DNA of 57,801 nucleotides from an uncultured Elusimicrobiales bacterium (GCA_964520045.1 CAZFMJ010000004.1:5131-62931), one strand, 5' to 3'; shown: positions 18,147-32,491, counted from the stretch's first letter. Notes: generated from the letters alone by a model not told the origin. Program-made: numbers and translations.

Positions 18147-19537
18147 TTCATTTTATTTCCGGCATTACCGATATTTCCTCTCGCTAATGAAGCGAATATT
18201 CCCAAAAAGCAGACAGCTGAGAAAAGAACAAGAGCGGCCTTAAAGCCTTTCATAAACAGCGTTATATTTTCCGCGCCTATCCTCAAATCACCCATATAAA
18301 CCGAAAAGACCATGGTGGCCGCCGCAATGCTGAACGTCTGCCCCAGCACGCGCATGGACGACAGCGCCGCGGAAGCGATTGAATAATTCCGTTTTTCCAC
18401 CGATGCCATAACGGCATTTGTGTTGGGGGAAGCGAACAGCCCGAATCCGGCTCCAAGAATTATCAAAAGCATTATAATCCCAATTATACCGGTCTGCCCG
18501 TCTATAAATGCAAGTCCCGCCAGCCCCGCGACCGTAACGGCCATGCCCCACGACGCTATTACGCGCGGCTGTATTCTATCCGAAAGCCTTCCGGCAAAAG
18601 GCGAAACCGCGGCCATCATAAGCGGCTGCGCCATAAGAATAATCCCGGCTTCCTGCACCGGCATGCCTTTTACATACTGCAGATACAGGCTCATCAGGAA
18701 GGTTACCGCAAAAGTGGCGCTGTAGTTTATAAGCGCGGCAAGATTTGAAAAGGCAAAGACCGCATTGCCGGCAAAAAGCCTCATATCCATCACCGGATTC
18801 TGAGCTTTGAGCTCGGATATACAGAACACCGCTATACCCGCTATGCCCAAAACAGCATACGCCGCTCCGGCGAAAGAAGACAGAAAGGAAAAGCCGTGAA
18901 TAAAACTGCATATTGAAACCGCGTAAATAACCGAGCCCGCAAAATCGAACTTTGTTTCAGCCTGCCGGGGAACCGTTTTTTCAAGCTTCAACCCGGCAAG
19001 AAGCGCTCCGGCAAATCCCAGAATGCCGGTAGCGATAAATACGCTTCTCCAGCCTAAATGAGCGCAAAACAACCCTCCGGCCAAAGGCCCGGCTGAAAGA
19101 CCGATATACACGGCGGCCGTGTTTATTCCTATATATTTCCCCAGTTCATTACGGGGAAAGGTATGCGCAAGTATGGCCATTCCGGTGCTGAACATCATGG
19201 CTCCTCCCAGCCCCTGCGCCGCGCGCATGGTTATGAGCCAGCTTACGGAAGGAGCCGCCGCGGATAAAAGAGCGCCAGCGGCGAAAACTCCCATACCCAG
19301 AGTGAATACCCCTTTTGTGCCGCGCATATCCGCCAGCTTTCCGAAAGGAAGCATTAGAGCCGCCGCCGCGACAAGAAATGCCATGCCGAAACGGCCCAGA
19401 AGCACCGCGCTCATGCCGAATTCTTCGGCTATAAGCGGCATAGCCACATTAACGGATGATATTGCGAAAGGTGAAATAAACGAACTGAATATTACCGCGA
19501 TAAGCACTGCCTGTCTGCTGCGGATTAATTCCTGCAT
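18095..19537 (-). CDS. MFS drug:H+ antiporter-like transporter (DHA2, ~14 TM)
   Basis: Motif A GKLADMRG, RAAQGLGG, GPLAGG, GRLSDRI, FASPNTNAVM. Confidence 0.9.
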   Translation of the reverse strand: MQELIRSRQAVLIAVIFSSFISPFAISSVNVAMPLIAEEFGMSAVLLGRFGMAFLVAAAALMLPFGKLADMRGTKGVFTLGMGVFAAGALLSAAAPSVSWLITMRAAQGLGGAMMFSTGMAILAHTFPRNELGKYIGINTAAVYIGLSAGPLAGGLFCAHLGWRSVFIATGILGFAGALLAGLKLEKTVPRQAETKFDFAGSVIYAVSICSFIHGFSFLSSFAGAAYAVLGIAGIAVFCISELKAQNPVMDMRLFAGNAVFAFSNLAALINYSATFAVTFLMSLYLQYVKGMPVQEAGIILMAQPLMMAAVSPFAGRLSDRIQPRVIASWGMAVTVAGLAGLAFIDGQTGIIGIIMLLIILGAGFGLFASPNTNAVMASVEKRNYSIASAALSSMRVLGQTFSIAAATMVFSVYMGDLRIGAENITLFMKGFKAALVLFSAVCFLGIFASLARGNIGNAGNKMKNTETRRLRDTEREVWD

Positions 19538-19659
19538 TAATCATATATTAGAAAATATTGTCCGAATAATCCAAAATCACGACTATTGCGCCTATCCGGC
19601 GTTTTTACAGAGCCGATTGTTTTTTGGTATCATGAAGTACTTAGTTCTTTTTAACCTAC

Positions 19660-23596
<3,937 letters not shown>

Positions 23597-23612
23597 AAAA
23601 TATAAAAGTATT

Positions 23613-25157
23613 TTATTTTTCGGAAGAAATGCGCATAGGAAGAGTTTCAAGACAGCGCGACACGAACATATCGACCTCGTATCCGAGAGGCGCTTTTCTA
23701 ATGCGCTCCCACAAACCCCGGGCAAGCTGGAAGATAAAATTAACACCCGCGTTTTTAGTGGAAATGCTTTCGCGGATTATACTCTGCTCGGCCTGCCATA
23801 TCTCCGCCCGCCCGCTCACATCCCAAAGACGCATACCGCCGGCCACTTTGCGCTTATTATAAACGCCGAGCGGAACTTCGCTGAACTCCGTTATATTGCC
23901 GAATACCATGCGGCCGGCGCCAAGCCAGCCGGCCATATCAGCCGGTTTGGCGGCCTTAAGCTGTCCCCCCTGGCTGAAGCCGTGACCGCGCAAAACAGCG
24001 TCCGTTTCTTCAAGCGGAACTACGCCGTACCCGCCTCTTTTTAACGATTCATATACCAGACGCCTTATCAATACCGGGCCGTCTATGCTTGAGGTCTCGT
24101 CCGAAAACGGCAATACGGCGATTTTTTCCCCGAACCAGTTTACAGCCGTGCCGGAACCGGTTTTAATTTCCGCCTGCGCTTTTGAAATATCAGAAACAAT
24201 GCCGTTCCAGTCAACGGGCGGGACATCTTTCGCTAAAACCGCCTCCTGCTTTGATCTTTCGAAAAATGCGGAAGCGCGTAAATAATCCTTTCGGTATTCG
24301 GCATACACTCCCATATTAAAATTGTCTCTCCAGTCCCCAGAGCCGGAAGATATTCTGGCCGACCATATTTTTTCCGCTTCTTCCCACTTTTTGCGCCGGG
24401 CGAATTTCCATGCCTGCTTTGAATCCTTATGATCATTTCTTTTAAAAACCGGCCTGAGCCTTATCGCGCGCGGAGAGTAAAACCGCCCTGCTATTTTTTG
24501 GGAGGCGGCAGCAAACAGATTTTTTTCATTGCTTTCATACCAATCGTCAATTTCGCCGCCGGAGCCGGTCTGCTGTCCAAAAAAAGAAAAAACGTCATTA
24601 TACCCATCGATAATCCTGCCGTCCGGAAACGAAGATAAAGACACAGACGCGCGCATTTCTGCGGCATAAAACACTAATTTGGAAGCCGCTTCCCGCAATC
24701 CGCCGTTTTTGTCTCTTATTACTATATTTCTTTCTTTTTCAGCGCGGTCCAGCGACGGAACATCTATTTTTATGCGCAGTATGCCTGAAGGATTAATTTC
24801 AGAAAGAAAAGGATCCGGCGCAGAACCGCCCCGCGCGACCCTGTAAGCCGCCACTCCGGCTCCGGCGTCTTCAAGCTCCCGCGCCAGCTGAGCGGCAAAA
24901 CGCGACGGCTCAAACCTGAAACTTTCGCCGATCTTAACCCCGCCGGATAATACCGAGGCGGACCCGCCTTTCAAATTTAAATCTATGCTTCTGCCGGAAC
25001 CGGGTGGAGCTTCCACAATAATATAGACGTTCCTCAAAACAGCCGCACGTTCATTGCCGGCGGAAAGATCATAGGGAATGCGGACATAATAATTCCCCGC
25101 GCATCCGCAAAAAAGCGCCGCCGATATAATTACCGCTATTTTTTTAGTAATTAACAT
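23613..25157 (-). CDS. Lipoprotein with TPR-like middle region and C-terminal DUF799/GNA1162-like domain
   Basis: Lipobox-like LFCGC after the hydrophobic stretch from ATG 25157; KIAVLPFSDETSSIDGP...GYGVVPLEETDAVL. Confidence 0.65.
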   Translation of the reverse strand: MLITKKIAVIISAALFCGCAGNYYVRIPYDLSAGNERAAVLRNVYIIVEAPPGSGRSIDLNLKGGSASVLSGGVKIGESFRFEPSRFAAQLARELEDAGAGVAAYRVARGGSAPDPFLSEINPSGILRIKIDVPSLDRAEKERNIVIRDKNGGLREAASKLVFYAAEMRASVSLSSFPDGRIIDGYNDVFSFFGQQTGSGGEIDDWYESNEKNLFAAASQKIAGRFYSPRAIRLRPVFKRNDHKDSKQAWKFARRKKWEEAEKIWSARISSGSGDWRDNFNMGVYAEYRKDYLRASAFFERSKQEAVLAKDVPPVDWNGIVSDISKAQAEIKTGSGTAVNWFGEKIAVLPFSDETSSIDGPVLIRRLVYESLKRGGYGVVPLEETDAVLRGHGFSQGGQLKAAKPADMAGWLGAGRMVFGNITEFSEVPLGVYNKRKVAGGMRLWDVSGRAEIWQAEQSIIRESISTKNAGVNFIFQLARGLWERIRKAPLGYEVDMFVSRCLETLPMRISSEK

Positions 25158-25167
25158 TTTTAAAAAA

Positions 25168-25306
25168 GGTAAATGGGAGAATATAGAAGGTAGATGGAAA
25201 GGAAAAGACAAAAAACAAATCCTTTTTTTATTTAGTTTAAAACTTGCTTCTTTTAAGGATTGCTTTGGCAGCCCAGCCGTCTAGCTGCCTCGCTGTCCAG
25301 CTGTCT
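25168..25306. repeat. Two unpaired repeat arms (GGTAGAT heptamers; GTCCAGCT octamers)
   Basis: ggtaaat gggagaa tatagaa ggtagat ggaaagg (25168-25202); gcccagcc gtctagct gcctcgct gtccagct gtct (25271-25306), abutting the kbl stop. Confidence 0.75.
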
Positions 25307-26509
25307 TTATATGCTCCCCATTTCTTTTCCGACTTTGCGGAATTTTTCAAGAGCGGTTTCAAGGTCTTTGTGCGTATGACCGGCTGTGACAATGGTCCTG
25401 AGCCTTTCTTTGCCCCTCGGCACCGTGGGAAATCCTATGGAAAGGGCAAATACCCCTTCTTCAAAAAGCCGTTTGCTGAAGGCCGCCGCTTTGGCAGTGT
25501 CTCCCACCATGACGGGCGTAATAGGCGTTTCACTGGCGCCCGTGTCAAATCCCGCCTTTTTAAGACCTTCTTTAAACATTTTGGCGTTATCCCAAAGTCT
25601 CGGCACAAGACCGGGTTCGCTTTCCAAAACATCCAGGCCAGCTATGCAGGACGCGACAACCGAAGGAGGATGGGAACTGGAGAAAAGGAAAGGCCGGGCT
25701 GTGGAAATCATATAATCCCGTAATTTTTGGGTGGAAGCCGCATACCCGCCCACCGCCGCAAATGCCTTGGAAAGAGTTCCTATCTGGATATCCACTCTGC
25801 CCTTAAGTCCGAAGTGGTCCACGGTGCCTTTCCCGTTTTTACCCAACACTCCGCTCGCATGAGCGTCATCCACCATTACCACGGCGTCATATTTTTCGGC
25901 AAGTTCGACTATTTCCGGAAGCGGGCATATATCGCCGTCCATGCTGAAAACTCCGTCCGTAACTATAAGCCTGCGCCTGGCGGTTTTTGATTCCCCGGAT
26001 TCAAGAATAGCGCGCAGGGCTTTCATATCCTTATGCGGATATATTTTTCTTGCTGATTTCGCAAGCCTGGCTCCGTCTATAATTGAGGCGTGGTTAAATT
26101 CATCGGAAATAAGCAGGTCATTTTCGGCGGTCATAAGGGCCTGGCAAACCGCCGTATTCGTGGAAAACCCGGACTGGAACAAAACGGCCGCCTCCGTATC
26201 CTTAAACGCGGCGAAGCGCTTTTCAAGTTCCTGATGCAGGGACATGGTGCCGATTATAGTGCGCACCGCCGCCGTTCCGACTCCGTAATCCTCTATGGCC
26301 TTTATAGCCGCGGCTTTGACTTTGGGATGGGTAGTTAAAGCCAGATAGTTATTTGAAGTAAGATTTATAACCTTTTTACCGTCTATCACCGACACTGGCT
26401 CCTGAGCGGATTCAAGAATTCTCAGGCTCAAAAGCCTGCCCTGCTCTTTGAGCTGTTTTATTTCATCGTCCAAAAACCTTAAAGCGTTTTTTCGCGTCTG
26501 CGTCTGCAT
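25307..26509 (-). CDS. kbl: Glycine C-acetyltransferase (2-amino-3-ketobutyrate CoA ligase), BioF/Kbl family
   Basis: SNNYL, NHASIIDG, DGVFSMDGD, DDAH, PLP lysine in GTLSKA; directly downstream of tdh. Confidence 0.88.
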   Translation of the reverse strand: MQTQTRKNALRFLDDEIKQLKEQGRLLSLRILESAQEPVSVIDGKKVINLTSNNYLALTTHPKVKAAAIKAIEDYGVGTAAVRTIIGTMSLHQELEKRFAAFKDTEAAVLFQSGFSTNTAVCQALMTAENDLLISDEFNHASIIDGARLAKSARKIYPHKDMKALRAILESGESKTARRRLIVTDGVFSMDGDICPLPEIVELAEKYDAVVMVDDAHASGVLGKNGKGTVDHFGLKGRVDIQIGTLSKAFAAVGGYAASTQKLRDYMISTARPFLFSSSHPPSVVASCIAGLDVLESEPGLVPRLWDNAKMFKEGLKKAGFDTGASETPITPVMVGDTAKAAAFSKRLFEEGVFALSIGFPTVPRGKERLRTIVTAGHTHKDLETALEKFRKVGKEMGSI

Positions 26510-26531
26510 GTTACGCCTCCAGATAAAGAAA

Positions 26532-26736
26532 GTAACCAGTCACCAGATGCCCGGCAACCCAGAAAGAGACCGCATTATTAAAAACCTTTATGAAACTTGC
26601 GCCACAAGTTTCCGGCCCTTAAGTCTCCGGCGACCCAAGTCACCATGTCACCAGACAACAGCACCGAACAAGCATAGAAACCGGCGATTTTTTTCTTCTC
26701 TTGACTGGTGACCGGCAACCGGAGACTTGGTGACTT
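26532..26736. repeat. Inverted GTCACCA / TGGTGAC repeat cluster between tdh and kbl
   Basis: gtaacca gtcacca; aagtctccgg (26621) vs ccggagactt (26719); gtcaccat gtcaccag vs ctggtgac and tggtgactt. Confidence 0.75.
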
Positions 26737-26766
26737 CTAAATAGCTGTCTCGCCGGTTCCCGTGTT

Positions 26767-27804
26767 CTACGGCACCAATACGACTTTCCCGCATTTTTTT
26801 TCTTTAGAAGACATTACCTCAAAGGCCTTTTTATGATCCTTAAGCTTGAATGTGTGTGTGATAACAGGCCTGGGGTCGACCGCTTTCGATTTGAGCAGGC
26901 TTTCCATCTTGTACCAGCTTTTGAAAATTTCCCTGCCGACTATTCCGTAAACCCGCACTCCCTTGAATACAAGCTGGTTTGCATAATCAAATTCAATCTT
27001 TTTCCCCGGCAGTCCGAAAGCGGTAAATCTGCCCGCATTTCTTATCGCGGCAAACCCAAGATTAATGGCATCGGGGTGACCCGACATTTCAAGCACCACG
27101 TCTACGCCGTCATGGCTTTTTGCCGCCTTTTTTATTCTGCTTAAAACATCGGGTTCTGCGGAGTCTATTGCGGCATCCGCCCCCATCTTCAAAGCCAGTT
27201 TTCTCCTGTAGGCGGAACTTTCCACGGCTATCACGGTTTTTGCCCCGCACGCCCTTGCTATGCCTGCGGCAAAAAGCCCCTGAGGCCCGCAGCCCAGAAC
27301 AAGAACCGTTTTGCTGACCACATCCTCGGTTAAAACCGCATAGACTGCGTTTCCGAAAGGCTCCATTATGGAACCTATGTCTTTTAAACCCCCGTCTGAA
27401 TGCTTCCACGCGCATCTGGGGGGCACCGCGGCGTATTCGGCAAACCCGCCGGGAGAATCTATGCCCAAAATCCGCGTATTAGCGCACACATGCCGCTGGT
27501 CGTTGCGGCACTGATAGCAGAGCCCGCAAAAAATATGGGATTCAACCGAAACAAAATCGCCCTTGGCGAATCCGCGGGAGCGCGTTCCCGTTTCAATCAC
27601 ATGGCCGCATAATTCGTGTCCGAATACCATGGGAATTTTTATTCTCTTGGGCGCCCAGCCGGTCCAGTTGTAAATAGGCAGGTCGCTTCCGCATATGGAA
27701 GCGCTGTGGATTTTTATGAGGATTTCATCCTTATTTATCGACGGCATAGCCGTCTCGGCATAATCGGCTCCGGCGCACGGCTTGGTTTTGCATAAAGCTT
27801 TCAT
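26767..27804 (-). CDS. tdh: L-threonine 3-dehydrogenase (Zn-dependent MDR family)
   Basis: SICGSD, GHE, ESHIFCGLCYQC...HVC, EPFGNAV, GCGPQG, LEMSG, GKVVL. Confidence 0.92.
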   Translation of the reverse strand: MKALCKTKPCAGADYAETAMPSINKDEILIKIHSASICGSDLPIYNWTGWAPKRIKIPMVFGHELCGHVIETGTRSRGFAKGDFVSVESHIFCGLCYQCRNDQRHVCANTRILGIDSPGGFAEYAAVPPRCAWKHSDGGLKDIGSIMEPFGNAVYAVLTEDVVSKTVLVLGCGPQGLFAAGIARACGAKTVIAVESSAYRRKLALKMGADAAIDSAEPDVLSRIKKAAKSHDGVDVVLEMSGHPDAINLGFAAIRNAGRFTAFGLPGKKIEFDYANQLVFKGVRVYGIVGREIFKSWYKMESLLKSKAVDPRPVITHTFKLKDHKKAFEVMSSKEKKCGKVVLVP

Positions 27805-27839
27805 AGATTTAACTCCTTATTTACAACTATCCGGGCAGA

Positions 27840-27904
27840 CAGAAGTTAGAATTCAGAAGTCAGAAGCCTCTGTTCATTCTGAATTCCTACTCCTGAATCC
27901 CGTC
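27840..27904. repeat. Inverted heptamer tandem-repeat pair (CAGAAGT / TTCTGAA)
   Basis: cagaagt tagaatt cagaagt cagaagc ... ttctgaa ttcctac tcctgaa tcccgtc. Confidence 0.75.
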
Positions 27905-28032
27905 CACCTGCACAGTAACTGTTTTTTTATATATTAACATTTATACGCTGGGGCAAAAAAGCCGACGCGCCGGCTCGTCAACGGTTGACAAGCATTGCGG
28001 GTATGTAGGAAAATAGTTTTAGTAGTCCGACC

Positions 28033-28461
28033 ATGAAACCAGAACTGACAGAATTGCATGAAAACCAGCAGCCGCTTCTTAACGCGGACTGGCTGAACTG
28101 CTTTAACTCGGACAAAAACCGGCTTGTGATTCTGCCGCTAAGCCCGGTCTCTATTTTCGTCTACTGGCAGTGGACCGCTTCAAAAACGGAGTTTTTCAGA
28201 GGCAATCCCGCTCAAAACGCCTGCGTCCTCAGATTGTTCAATGCCGAAACAAAAACACAAGCCGCGGAATTCAAGTGCCGGTGGGACGGTCTTAAATTAT
28301 ATCTTGAGCCTCCGCAGGAAACCCGCAGATATTACGCCTCGCTCTGCGTGATCGACGCCGGAGGAACCGCGCAAACGCTTCTGGAATCCAATGTCATAAC
28401 CCTTCCTTACGGGGGGCAGGCGGGAGAACTGGAAGCGGTTTGGTCCGGGACAAAACAATGA
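28033..28461 (+). CDS. DUF4912-like domain protein
   Basis: RLVILPLSPVSIFVYW, YYASL, LLESNVITLP; ATGA-coupled to GH57, a common pairing. Confidence 0.7.
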   Translation: MKPELTELHENQQPLLNADWLNCFNSDKNRLVILPLSPVSIFVYWQWTASKTEFFRGNPAQNACVLRLFNAETKTQAAEFKCRWDGLKLYLEPPQETRRYYASLCVIDAGGTAQTLLESNVITLPYGGQAGELEAVWSGTKQ

Positions 28462-30065
28462 GTCTTAACAAAGGTTCTATAGCGATAGTGCTTCACGCCC
28501 ACCTTCCCTTTGTCCGCCATCCGGAATATCCTAGATTTCTTGAGGAAGACTGGTTTTTTGAGGCTGTAATAGAGACCTACATTCCCATCATATCCATGCT
28601 GGAGCGGCTGGTTAAAGACGGCATACGGCCGGCGCTTACGATATCCCTGTCCCCGACCCTCTGCGCCATGCTTGAAGACGATCTGCTGGAAAAACGCTGC
28701 AGGCAGTATCTTGAAAACCGCATGGAGCTCATCGAGGAAGAAATATCAAAAATCGGGGATCACGGTCCCGCGGCCGAAACCGCGAAAATGTACCGCGAAC
28801 TGTTCAGCCAGGCTTATTCCATAATGAACAAATACAGCGGAGATCTGATAACCCCGTTTAAACAGCTCCAGCAGGCGGGCCAGATAGAAGTCATCACCTG
28901 CTCGGCAACGCATGCCCTGCTTCCGCTGATAATTCATCCCGAATCCCTGCGGGCGCAGATAACCGCCGCCGCTGACGATTACAATGACAGGTTCAACCGC
29001 AAAACAAAAGGTTTCTGGCTTCCGGAATGCGGTTATGACCACAGGATACCGCAGTTCCTTAAACTTGCCGGCGTTAAATACTTTTTTTCGGAAAGCCATA
29101 CTATTAACTATTCCAGACCGCGGCCTAAAATGGGGATATACGCACCCTTAAAAACACCTTCCGGAGTAATGACTCTGGGAAGAGACGCGGAATCGGCCCG
29201 CGAGGTCTGGAGCTCCAAATTCGGCTATCCCGGAGATCCGGCATACAGGGAATTTTATAAAGACCTTGGATTCGACGCGGATTATGATTACATAAAACCG
29301 TATCTTCATCCTGACGGAGTGAGAAGATCCATAGGTATAAAATATCACCGCATTACGGGCACGGTGGATTTGGCAGGGAAAGAGCTTTACGACCCGTCCC
29401 TTGCCAGGGCCGCCGCGGAAAAACATGCGCTGGATTTCATAAAAAAACGGCTTAAACAGGCCGATGATATATATGCCGAAAAGGGCATACGCCCGATAAT
29501 AACCGGCACCTACGACGCGGAACTTTTCGGACACTGGTGGTTTGAAGGACCGCTTTTTCTTGAAAATGTGCTTAGAAAAATACGGCAGGAACGGGCTCCG
29601 CTTCAGGTGGCGCTTCCTTCCGAATGCATTGAAACCTATCCCCAGCCGCAGGAAGCGGAGCCGGAAATATCGTCATGGGGAGACAGGGGATATTTTGAGC
29701 CGTGGGCAAACGGCTCCAACGACTGGATATACCCGCCGATAATCGCATCCTCGGAGAAAATGATAGAAGCGGCCAACCGTTTCCGCCATCAGAACTTAAG
29801 CTATCTGGAAACAAGAGCGCTTAATCAGGCCGCGCGGGAAACTCTTCTCGCGCAATCCTCGGACTGGGCATTTCTTATGAATGTCGGCACTCACCCGGAA
29901 TACGCGGCGGGCAGGGTGCGACTGCACTGCAAAAACAGCGCACGGCTGATTTCAATGGTCACGGATAAATGTATGGATGAAAGAGAGCTTCAGCAGATGG
30001 AAGCAAAAAATAATATTTTCCCGCGGATGGATTTTAGGATCTTCGCCTCAGCCTCGGCGTTTTAA
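28458..30065 (+). CDS. GH57 family 1,4-alpha-glucan branching enzyme (with DUF1957)
   Basis: HAHLPFV, ETYIP, GFWLPEC, YREFYKD, KYHRITG, YDAELFGHWWFEG, LLAQSSDWAF; start at ATG 28458. Confidence 0.93.
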   Translation: MSLNKGSIAIVLHAHLPFVRHPEYPRFLEEDWFFEAVIETYIPIISMLERLVKDGIRPALTISLSPTLCAMLEDDLLEKRCRQYLENRMELIEEEISKIGDHGPAAETAKMYRELFSQAYSIMNKYSGDLITPFKQLQQAGQIEVITCSATHALLPLIIHPESLRAQITAAADDYNDRFNRKTKGFWLPECGYDHRIPQFLKLAGVKYFFSESHTINYSRPRPKMGIYAPLKTPSGVMTLGRDAESAREVWSSKFGYPGDPAYREFYKDLGFDADYDYIKPYLHPDGVRRSIGIKYHRITGTVDLAGKELYDPSLARAAAEKHALDFIKKRLKQADDIYAEKGIRPIITGTYDAELFGHWWFEGPLFLENVLRKIRQERAPLQVALPSECIETYPQPQEAEPEISSWGDRGYFEPWANGSNDWIYPPIIASSEKMIEAANRFRHQNLSYLETRALNQAARETLLAQSSDWAFLMNVGTHPEYAAGRVRLHCKNSARLISMVTDKCMDERELQQMEAKNNIFPRMDFRIFASASAF

Positions 30066-30094
30066 ATTACAGAACGCTGATAAACAAACCAAAC

Positions 30095-30253
30095 CGCAAA
30101 GCGCGCAAAGGGTTTACGCTAAGAACGCAAAGATTACACAAACCCTTAACTTTCCATCCATCCCCATGCCAATGACTCCGCTGGAGAATTCTTTTTCCAT
30201 CATCTCCCTCAGATTCGCTCCGTATCCTTCGCGTTTGCTTTGCGTTCTTTGCG
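30095..30253. repeat. Inverted CGCAAAG / CTTTGCG repeat pair (about 9-nt period) between convergent genes
   Basis: CGCAAAG at 30095, 30104, 30126 (CGCTAAG at 30117); CTTTGCG at 30238, 30247 (CTTCGCG at 30227); perfect 12-bp IR AAGAACGCAAAG/CTTTGCGTTCTT. Confidence 0.8.
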
Positions 30254-30271
30254 TTTAGTCTTCGAGTTTTT

Positions 30272-30730
30272 TTACAACTGCTTCAGAAACTGCACGGAAA
30301 TACGTTCCCGCGCTTCAAGCGAAGAAATTTTTGTTTTTTTTATTCCGCGGATAATAACAAGCATGTCACGGCAGGCGGAATGCTTGTCCCCGTAAACAAA
30401 CGGCATGAACATATGGTTTGAGACATGGACCCTCTTCATTTCATCGCCCTGATAATAAATTTTGTCATCCCCCCTGTTCTGCAGGCACCACACAGCGGGC
30501 ATTCCCAGGGTTTTAGCCGGAGATAACAACACCTGCTCATAAACAATATTCTGCCGTCTCGCTTCCTTAAGAAGGGACGATGTGCCCTGCCTGCTCCAGT
30601 ATGCATGCGCCATTCCGGGGATGGCCGGCACGATCCAATAATAAATGAGAAACCCAGCAACAAACGGCAGGGCCGCCACAGCCGATATTTTCAGCAGGGC
30701 GGTGAAGGCGTTTTTCTGAGGAGCAGGCAT
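30272..30730 (-). CDS. Hypothetical protein with N-terminal TM anchor
   Basis: Co-oriented downstream of glnA; one hydrophobic helix; start moved to ATG 30730 because the upstream part is a repeat arm. Confidence 0.6.
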   Translation of the reverse strand: MPAPQKNAFTALLKISAVAALPFVAGFLIYYWIVPAIPGMAHAYWSRQGTSSLLKEARRQNIVYEQVLLSPAKTLGMPAVWCLQNRGDDKIYYQGDEMKRVHVSNHMFMPFVYGDKHSACRDMLVIIRGIKKTKISSLEARERISVQFLKQL

Positions 30731-30736
30731 AGGGTT

Positions 30737-30765
30737 AGGCTGAAGACTGCAGGCTGCTAACCTGA
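30737..30765. repeat. Heptamer repeat arm (AGGCTGA family)
   Basis: aggctga agactgc aggctgc taacctga, reverse complement of the TCAGCCT array at 2518. Confidence 0.65.
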
Positions 30766-30775
30766 ACAATTAAGG

Positions 30776-32104
30776 TCACAGAATAGGAAGATATCTTTTC
30801 ACTTCATAATCCGTGACTTTGGTGCGGTAGTCATCCCACTCTATTTTTTTATTTTCGATAAACTTTTCGAAAACATGGTCTCCGAGCGCCGTCCTTAAAA
30901 AATTAGATTTTTCGGCTTCTTCAATGGCCTCTATCAAAGAGCCGGGCAGGGTCTCTATCCTCTTAGCCCTGCGCTCTATATCATCCATCTCGTATATATC
31001 CGCCTCAACCGGCTTGGCCAGCGGGATTTTATTTTTTATTCCGTCAAGCCCGGCCGCGAGCATGACCGAAAAAGCAAGATAGGGATTGCAGGCGGGGTCC
31101 GGGAATCTGCACTCTATTCTTGTGGAATACTCTTTTCCCACACGGGCCTGCGGAACCCTTACCATAGCGGACCTGTTGCTTTTTGCCCATGCTATATAAA
31201 CGGGCGCCTCAAACCCCGGCACAAGCCGTTTGTACGAATTCGTCCATTGATTGGTTATGGCGCATATTTCCCTGACATGCTTTAAAACGCCGGCGGCAAA
31301 ATGTTTTGCCGTTGAAGAGAGAAAACATGCGTCCTTAGGATCAAAAAACGTATTTTTCTTCCCGGCGAACAAGGACTGGTGCACGTGCATTCCGCTTCCA
31401 TTCACCCCTCCTATAGGCTTCGGCATGAAAGAAGCGTATACCTGATGGCTGGATGCCACCTGTTTTACAACCACCTTGTACGTTATAACGTTATCGGCCA
31501 TGCTTAAAGCGTCGCCGTAGCGCAAGTCTATCTCATGCTGGCTGGAAGCGACCTCATGATGCGAATATTCAACATGTATGCCCAGCTGTTCCAGCATAAG
31601 TATGGTTTCCCGGCGCAGGTCGTGAGATTCATCCAGCGGAACCGTGTCGAAATAACCGCCATCGTCAAGTATTTCGGGAGACTTATCATTGCGGAAATAA
31701 AAATATTCAAGCTCGGGCCCCACCATAAAATCGGTAAAACCCATTTTTTTCGCCTGCTCAAGATTTTTCTTAAGAACGTATCTTGTATCGCCGGGATAAC
31801 TTTTGCCGTCGGGAGTGATTATGTCGCAGAACATTCTTGCGGTGGGAATCCCGTCGAATTTCCACGGCATTATCCTGAATGTGGCCGGCTCCGGCACGGC
31901 AAGCAGATCGGACTCGTATATTCTGGCAAATCCCTCCACGGAAGAGCCGTCAAATCCCATGCCGTCCTTGAGCGCATGCTCCAGTTCGCGGTGGGTAATG
32001 GAAAACGATTTTAGCTGTCCCAAAATGTCGACAAACCAGAGCCGTATAAATTTTATTTCCTTGTCTTTTGCGATTTTGAGTATCTCTTTTATCCTGCTGT
32101 CCAT
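30776..32104 (-). CDS. glnA: Glutamine synthetase type I
   Basis: FDGSS, GPELEY, HHEVA...QHEI, FMPKP, NGSGMHVHQS, NSYKRLVPGFEAP, NRS, RIECRFPD, NPYL. Confidence 0.96.
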   Translation of the reverse strand: MDSRIKEILKIAKDKEIKFIRLWFVDILGQLKSFSITHRELEHALKDGMGFDGSSVEGFARIYESDLLAVPEPATFRIMPWKFDGIPTARMFCDIITPDGKSYPGDTRYVLKKNLEQAKKMGFTDFMVGPELEYFYFRNDKSPEILDDGGYFDTVPLDESHDLRRETILMLEQLGIHVEYSHHEVASSQHEIDLRYGDALSMADNVITYKVVVKQVASSHQVYASFMPKPIGGVNGSGMHVHQSLFAGKKNTFFDPKDACFLSSTAKHFAAGVLKHVREICAITNQWTNSYKRLVPGFEAPVYIAWAKSNRSAMVRVPQARVGKEYSTRIECRFPDPACNPYLAFSVMLAAGLDGIKNKIPLAKPVEADIYEMDDIERRAKRIETLPGSLIEAIEEAEKSNFLRTALGDHVFEKFIENKKIEWDDYRTKVTDYEVKRYLPIL

Positions 32105-32122
32105 TTAGTCCTCCACTTGTGG

Positions 32123-32491
32123 TTATTTAGAACGTCCGGTAGCTTTGAGTATTGCGGCATCTAATGCGGAGAAATCAATAGGTTTGGTTAAAACTATCGT
32201 GTTTTGCGACAAACCAAGCGCATAAATCACGTCCTTGGACGTGCCGGTTATAACGATAAAAGGAATTCCCTGCATGGGAGGATACATTTCCACCATAGCC
32301 TGGACGGATTCGCCCCGTATGCCGGGCATGTCTATATCCGAAATTATAAGATCGGGTTTTGATTTAATCACTTCGGCGATAAGCTCTTTGCCGTTGGAAA
32401 CGCAAATGACTTCGTTTCCGCACTCCGTGCCCAGATAATCGGAAAGCATTTCCGTTATTATGGGATCGTCATCGGCTGTTATTATTTTCAT
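32123..32491 (-). CDS. Single-domain response regulator (receiver only)
   Basis: ADDD, phosphoacceptor in SDIDMPG, ITG, TKP; ATG 32491 overlaps the upstream TGA. Confidence 0.88.
   Translation of the reverse strand: MKIITADDDPIITEMLSDYLGTECGNEVICVSNGKELIAEVIKSKPDLIISDIDMPGIRGESVQAMVEMYPPMQGIPFIVITGTSKDVIYALGLSQNTIVLTKPIDFSALDAAILKATGRSK

Noticed and set aside
27976-28014. Back-to-back -35 boxes (GTCAAC-G-GTTGAC) as divergent promoters for tdh and the DUF4912 gene
   Set aside because: No convincing -10 hexamer at 16-18 nt on either strand.
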